Shown here: piece by piece, positions 11,990 through 64,000 of the stretch | How the letters are laid out: each line of letters begins with the position of its first letter | Numbering within the stretch: the first letter of the stretch is position 1 | NCBI RefSeq assembly: GCF_000002075.1 | Contig: NW_004797444.1 | Coordinates: forward strand, 180,831 to 244,830 | Length of the DNA stretch: 64,000 bases | Direction of reading: 5' to 3' | Source: Aplysia californica | Lineage: Eukaryota | Program-made: the position numbers and the translations under genes | The notes under the pieces: generated by a model | What the model saw: only the letters and a program-made list of their open reading frames with translations | Database searches by the model: none | Told to the model about the DNA's origin: nothing

Positions 11990-14900
11990 GAACAGAAAAT
12001 TAACTGAAAACTTTATTATGAATACAATTATAGCATGTGGCGGTAGAAGTAAGTACGCATATATCTCTGCAGCAAAGAGAAAAAAGAAACAGAGTTGAGT
12101 TCAAGTCTCAATTTTGAGTTTCCCAACTGGAAATGTATGTCTCCTTCTTATTGATTCTTAGACAGTGAAACGAGTTAAATTGTTTGTAACTGATGGAAAT
12201 GTTTAATGATTTGGGTCTTTCTACCTCAATGACAAAATCTGAACATCCAAAAAAAAAAAAAAAAATGGAAAAAAACCCATAGATCTACCTACTGACCACA
12301 ACTTACAACAAATATTTTTCCCTCCGTCCAATTCATTTTTTTAAAACTGAAGGCTGAAGGCAATTTCCTTTATTTTGACCTGTTTGGAGACAGCAAAGTT
12401 TTCCTTCAGGTTATTTTCACAACTGGACAACCAAATCGCTGGACCATGTACATAATTTCAGTGACCGAGTGATTATTTCCAGATAACTTTTTAAAAAGTT
12501 ATTTTTAAAGTAAGAAAATACGACCAAATAAGGCCCCATTACACAGCCACCCATTAGGAAAATGTGCAATAGTTTTTTAACTGAAAAAATATGAATTTCC
12601 ATGCACGACCACTGCTCCAAAGCTATAATAAGGAACCAGGAGAAATTGTTAAACAATGAAGCAAAAAATAATCAAGCCGGTGCACTGTAACTTCTAACAG
12701 TTTGGAAATTTCTGTGAGAATATTGACACCATCCTGCATTTGTATAAAAACAAGAATAATTTACTCATTCACCACAGCTGACCAAAAGATTATCTCAGCA
12801 TCTTCCTCATTACAACGATGAGCCGCTTCATCAACTCAACGGAATGCCTCTATTCTATAAATACTTAACCAGTTCCAAAATAATATCCATGTTTAGATTT
12901 GATACCATATCGTTTCCCCCCCCCCCCCCCCCCCCTCAAATTTCCTTTTCAATTTTGTTTCTTTAGGTATATAATATTATACCTTTATATTCTGCTAAAC
13001 AAATAGGCAAATCAGTGGGCAAAACAAAACGTACACACTTAACATGTGCCTGCCACTGGAAGGAATTACAAACGAGAGGGTAAAACATTACATTTTGATT
13101 GAGTTAGGACATTCCTGTAAACAGTGAGAACTACACTAATATATGAGGATCAATAACTCATTCCTGTTTTCTAAAGTAAAATTGAATCAACCAAAAAAAA
13201 CTTTCTGGTACATTTGAGTTTCATCATAAGTACTCTTTACACTTCTGGACTGAGACTCTTTATATGAACTTGTACAATTGAAAAGAAAATGTTCTAGAAA
13301 ATCACTGTATCTAGAGTAAAGAATGTAACGTTTATTTAATTTGCAATTCCCAAAAGTAAGATCCAAATAAGGTTAGGAAACATGAGAGCTATTATAACAC
13401 CAAGCATTAACATAAAAATTGCAGAGGGCTTAAAAAAACCCACCAAAAAAACCCAACAACAACACAGCTTTTACTGATTGGTTGGTTTCATGAAGCTTTG
13501 AAAATAAATATGGAAATACTTTCCTCATGCAAAGTAGCTTATCCATAACAAATGGCTCTCAAGCTAAAACCGGAGGAAAGACACAAACATGTAGTGATAC
13601 AACACACTAATTATATTGATAAAAAAAATAACAACAGGCAAGTGCAATTATTCCCTTACTTAGAAAATCATTAAGAAACTTTTCTGTCTATGTCCTCTCA
13701 CGTCATCATAAACTCTCAATATATTAGATTTTAAATCATTCTTACAGTGGGCTTTGCTCAAAATGAATTTTGTAAAATTTGTTTTGGATATAAAGTTGCC
13801 CTTTTTGAGAAAGGGCCAAACCACACAGGAAATAAAGAGAGAAAGGATGGTTTTTAAGTTGATTGTTGATTTTTTCCCTGACAACTTCTAAAGCACAGAC
13901 TTAAGTGTTTTCACCTACTAAAAATTCTCAAAGCCATTTACAAAACAATGCTTAAAGACTGCTTTCCATATTTCCGCACATGAAAATTTTACCCTAATGT
14001 ATTTAGGAAGCAAGAGAACATTGCATATCATTGGCATTATTCCACAAGCTCCAAAGTCATTTTGGAAGTATTGAGAAAATTAAAGAAAAAGAAAGCCTCC
14101 AAATCAGAATCACGACAAAGGCATTAATTATTTCTGTAAAAAAACCAACCTAGGAAGTACTTAACAAGAAAGAACGAAGCTATTTTGTAAGATGTCTCGT
14201 CTCTTAGTGTCTTTTTTCGAATGGCTTTATCTAGCCTCCCCCCCCCCCGAAATAGATGTGGGCGATTGTGGAGCAACACTGCTGTTGAACAGCAATAATG
14301 TCATAATGCAGAAACGTTCAAAACAGACCAACACATGGAAAAATAAAGGTGACCTTTCTTTCCAATATGAGTCAGTGAGTGCATAGTATGAGCAAACAGA
14401 AGTTTCTATTCTGAGAGACATGGCACACATACTTAGAACTGGAGTTGATAAAAAAGCAATGGTTCAAACCAAAGTAATGTCACCAACACATTTATTTATG
14501 ATACTTACACAACTGCATGCTTCAGGGTACACTCCGCTACACTTTCACATAATCCATTAAGAAATTTTGCCTATGACAATTTTGGATTTTTAATTTTTAA
14601 TGAGAATCAGCACAAAACAGGGGTGTCACAACTCATTAACCATCTCCTAAAGGAAACTGAGGAGTAAAACTCCCTTGCAGTACTGGCCTTTGCAATAATG
14701 CCATGTTCTACCTTTTCATTTTCAAAAGTACTAATGCAAGGAAAGTCCTTCAACTCTTTCCTGCTTAAAAAAACCCAACAACTAACATAATATTAATATA
14801 TATATGGATGAAAATTTACTCGAACTGAGAAACATGTGGGGGGGAAAAAAAGACAATATTGAACACAAAAGCTTGACAATGACAAAATTCATAAAGTGGG

Positions 14901-17900
14901 CAGAAAAAAAAGGTGTACAAAATACAGACAATCAACAAAATGCCATACTTGTCCACAAACGCAACCTTAATCCAAACAGCAAAAATAAAGTGAATCTTAA
15001 GCACTCTTCCACAGGACCCAGGGAAGCATAGCACAACATCATTGGATAAGTGTGACAATAACAATAAAAAGAAATGATTAAGCAAATGAAAAAGCAAGAA
15101 CCTTCCAATCAGAAACAAAGGAAATGAGCCATACAAACAATGGGAAATCATTGACCAAATTTTCAATTTAATGGACGATATATTTATAATTTCAAATTTT
15201 TCAGAGGTCTATTAACTATGCCTTGCCTCTTCTAATGCAAACTATGTCATTAGATTATCAATTTGGAATCTAAATGATGGAGTTATTTCATTAGTTTTAT
15301 AAACAACACTGTAAAAAGCCACAGATGTAAGATTGAGCTTCAAAATGCCATTCAATAAAGTCATCATTTAGCCTAACATGTGCACAGAAAATACCACTGC
15401 ACAAAAGCAAGACACATCAAGAAGATTTCTTAAGACAATAATCAATATTTTACAAAAAACAATTGTTGCTTTTGTCAATAATCTGTACTCTAAAATCTAT
15501 ACTTCAAGCACGTTCTAGATGTGAATGGCAAAACTAACGACTTTGGTTGGGATTTTTATTTTTTTCATTTCATAAAAAGTTCATTGTCATGTTGGAAGGA
15601 AGGCAAGCATGAGCATTTTTTTTTCAAAATTCTTCTGTGCCAAAAGTCTTAGAATCTGCGTAAGTCAGGATACTTGAACGATTCTAAATAAATTTCCTTT
15701 CTTCCCTTTAAGCACAAATGCATGAATATTGCCCTTTCACTACATGTAACCGTCCAATAAGATGGAACAATACCAGAGCCTAGCCCATGTTTGGCCTAGC
15801 AGCTATTCTTGAGTGTAATAATATATGGACAAGATGAGTATGTCAGGTTCTCATAACAGTGGAGAGGGGAAACAAGTCTGGGTAAACCCCCAACCTGTTC
15901 AAAGAGAGCGAGAGAGAGAGAGATATGAGAAAGGGTGTGTGTGTCTGTGGGAGTGTGTGTATGGGGGGTGGGAACAGATATAAAACAACCTTTGAGAAGG
16001 CCATTACAGATGTTGCAGTCAGCTTCCTCCACCTATGTTAGTCAACAGTCTTGACACTGACACAAGAGGATATATATAAGATCAACCATGAAACAACACT
16101 ACGAGGAAAAGACCTGAATATTCTGTTTACTTCTCTGACGGTGATGGGGGGGGGGGGGGAATAAATAAAAATTGATCCTAGTAAATGAGCGTTGATGAAC
16201 AAAGTGAATGTGCTAGATGAGGACAAAGTAGTGAAGCAATGAGTACAAAGTAAAGCAAAAACCATGAACTGTGCTGTGTCTCCGAGACAGATATAACAAG
16301 CAGACAGTGGGAAAGACTCCACAAGGAAGTTGCTGTGGTTTACAGAAAGGAAAAAAACAACTATTAAAAACAAAAAAAGAAGCACTTGTTGACCCAGTAT
16401 GAGCCGGTGGGAGTGGCTTCGTGCGAGGTAGCCGACAGTGGCTCTCTACACTGACCCTTAATAAATACACGCAAATTTTACCACATCAACCCTGGTTATG
16501 AGGAAAATAGCTCTATTTCTCTTCGTACTTTCATTTTGGAGCGTCTGTTCGAGCGTGAAGGCTAGATCTGATGAAATTTGTTCCCAAATAGCTGATTTTC
16601 TGCATCAAGTTTGTGACGGTTACAGATCATTATGACCGAAGACAAAAAGTGGATACATGGGACAAAAAACTGATCCTGAAATGTAAACATAGTGGCTATT
16701 TTCGTTTTGGATTATACTGTGATTAAAGTTTCATTTTGTTTTTATAGATCTATATCTATGTTCAGGTTAGTCCATGTAACATTCCCCCCCCCCCCCCCCC
16801 TCGTTCTAACCCTCATCTTAGACCTGAATACTGCAAAGAAAGTATACCATTTTTTGCTGCTTTCACTTTTGCTCCGGGTTGAAGTATGAAAAAGTTAGTT
16901 CCACATCAATGTGAAGGGTGTTATAGTCTAGAACACTGCAACTATTTTGTTGTTGTTGCTGAGTGGCTATTAACTTCGATAGTTTATTTTCATACTTTTT
17001 ACAATGCATCTGAAGTGGACACCCATGAATGCAACTTTCAAGTCTAAACCCATAAACCAAAAGTTTTGATGTGGGCCCAGTAGTTAGAAAATGATACACA
17101 TGTACTTTTGCAACCCATCCTATCACTGTACAAGTTCATTCCCAGGGGTGGGTTCGATCAGAATGAAAACCCTCTACGCACATGAAGAGTTTGACCAGGA
17201 AATTTATTCGCACCGAACGAGCAACATCTAACTGTGTTGAAACTATGATCTGATCTTTATTACACAAACAATAATGGACATTTCTGTCAGGCGTTTCCAA
17301 GACCCATTATTGAAGTCATACTATTTCAATCCCAGCAAAATAAAAAGGCCGTACAGAGAACAACACATAAACAAAAATGTGCCAGTCCTAGAGTTCGACC
17401 AAACATGGATTTGATGCTGATTAAGATACTCTGTCTATAAAGATGTGTGCGGAAAATGTGAGTTAAAAGAAATTCTTAACGCTCAGTCTACTGACCCCAT
17501 GACATGAATGTTTATTCTCTACTGCATAAAGAGCAACACTTCAGTCTTCCTCAAAAGATTAAGGACAGACCCACAGAGAAATGGGAAGACAGCACCAAAA
17601 GGAAGGGTGATAAGCAACCATACAATTGACACACACTAAAGGGGGGAAAAAAAGAACAGACAATAATAACAACGGTAAAAACAGAAAATAATGAACCAGG
17701 ATTACCAGACTGTGCGAACCATGACTAAAATGTACACAAAAAGTTCCATGATCACAATTGCCTATGTGAAACCTTTTAGATTTTCTGAAAGATGTGGGAC
17801 CATTGCTCCATCCTTCCTCTGCCCCAAATTCATTATCAACCTCAAAACTAAAACCTTCTTCATTCAAACATAAAGAAGCGAACCAAAAAAAGTCACAAAA

Positions 17901-18872
17901 TTAAAAGATTGTGTTTATCCTTTCTGCAATACATACACCTATCTGGGGAAAACTTTCAGAGCTACTGTAACTTAGTCTTCAATTTCATTTCCCTACAATA
18001 AAACAAAAATTTGTAAAAATAAAATGGATATAAATTTGAAAGAATTTTTTTTTTCACATAAAAAAGACAAAAGTAATCAAGGAAGTCTTCAGCTGCACAC
18101 ACATGGACAGGTCTCTTAAATATGATTAGAGTGGTCTTCATTGACAAAAAATGAGCAGATGTTACACCGTTACTTAAATCCGTGCAGATCTGGTTCACCA
18201 AAAGCCACTCTTTCTGTTGGGCCCATCGGGCAGGCCCAGAGTGTGTTTCGCTTTGGCAACCTTCTGCCTTTATATACGAGCTCTTAAAAATCAATCCTTC
18301 CATCCTTACACCTTGCAAGGATCCTCATCATCACCGACCGTCATCACCATTTCATTTCTTCTTTCAACAGTAGCATAATTATGATATAAATCATCTGCGA
18401 GGCAGAAAAAGATTTTAAGGGAGAGTATTCAAAATAGCAGGGTCTCCCATTACGGCTCAACAGCACCCCCGGCCCTGAGGCCTGAATCTCTGGTAATTCA
18501 AACTGTAAATCGCTTCTTCTGTGGTACAAGTGTTGGTCCAATCCCATCTGAACAAGACTCAACTGTCAGAGCTGAAAGTGGGACGGTCAGAAGAAGAACA
18601 AGTTTCTCCGAGAGAACAGTGCTAGAGGGTGGGGAATCCGGGAAGGGCTGGAGGGTAGGAGAAATAATGACTTTTCACTTTCTTTTCTTTTTCTCCCTTC
18701 CCCCCCTTCCCTAATTTTCCATCATGAGCACGAACGACATTGGTTATGGGGTGGGGAGGTAGCAGACGGTGGCTAGCCCGCACATCTTCCTCCACCTCCT
18801 TCCATCCAGTTTGCCGCTGCTTTAGACAGGTTCCACTCTGCCGATGAGGGCAGGTTCAGCTCGATGACCAAC
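11990..18872 (-). other. SMG1: Probable long SMG1 3' UTR
   Basis: U-rich on the minus strand and lacking the repeat families common elsewhere; AATAAA at 12017-12012 followed by a GU-rich tract (~11980-11960). Several more proximal AATAAA also exist. Confidence 0.5.
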
Positions 18873-63797
<44,925 letters not shown>

Positions 63798-64000
63798 CTG
63801 CAAACGGAGTAATGATGATGATGATGACAATGATGATAATAATTATAATAATAATAATAATAATAATCATAATGATAATAATAATCATAAAGCAATATAA
63901 CACGGACGGGTCAAACACAGAAGACTCGAAATCAATCATCCGTCAAACTGTGCCTGCAGTCCCGGGTTTTTTTTCCTTCTTAACCTTTGTAAGATATCCC

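Noticed and set aside
63985-64000. Possible end of the previous SMG1 exon (AAG|GTTAAG)
   Set aside because: Only 16 nt visible and the donor is weak; not enough to call.

Overview
Eukaryotic (invertebrate, probably lophotrochozoan/gastropod-like; inference from SINE types only) genomic DNA with two N gaps (6902-7627, 48683-49301). Most of the window is the 3' portion of SMG1, the PIKK-family nonsense-mediated-decay kinase, on the minus strand. I traced 44 phase-compatible coding exons from 63797 to the TGA at 18873 (6165 nt, about 2054 aa: FAT end, FRB-like, kinase, C-terminal insertion, FATC), including one GC-AG intron and a probable ~7 kb 3' UTR. Convergent with it are the last three coding exons (2087-4950, + strand) of an unidentified gene. 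Introns are full of SINEs, MITEs (Tc1/pogo-, piggyBac-, hAT- and Sola-like) and mariner/LINE relics. Two observations stand out. (1) An abundant ~180 bp retroposon sits almost always in the host's sense orientation, is nearly AG-free on that strand, has an (ACTAA)n tail resembling the branch point, and repeatedly lands just upstream of 3' splice sites. (2) Candidate PTC-containing cassette exon(s) and an in-frame microexon lie just before the SMG1 FATC exons, suggesting NMD autoregulation. All coordinates were read by hand and may be off by a few bases for repeats.
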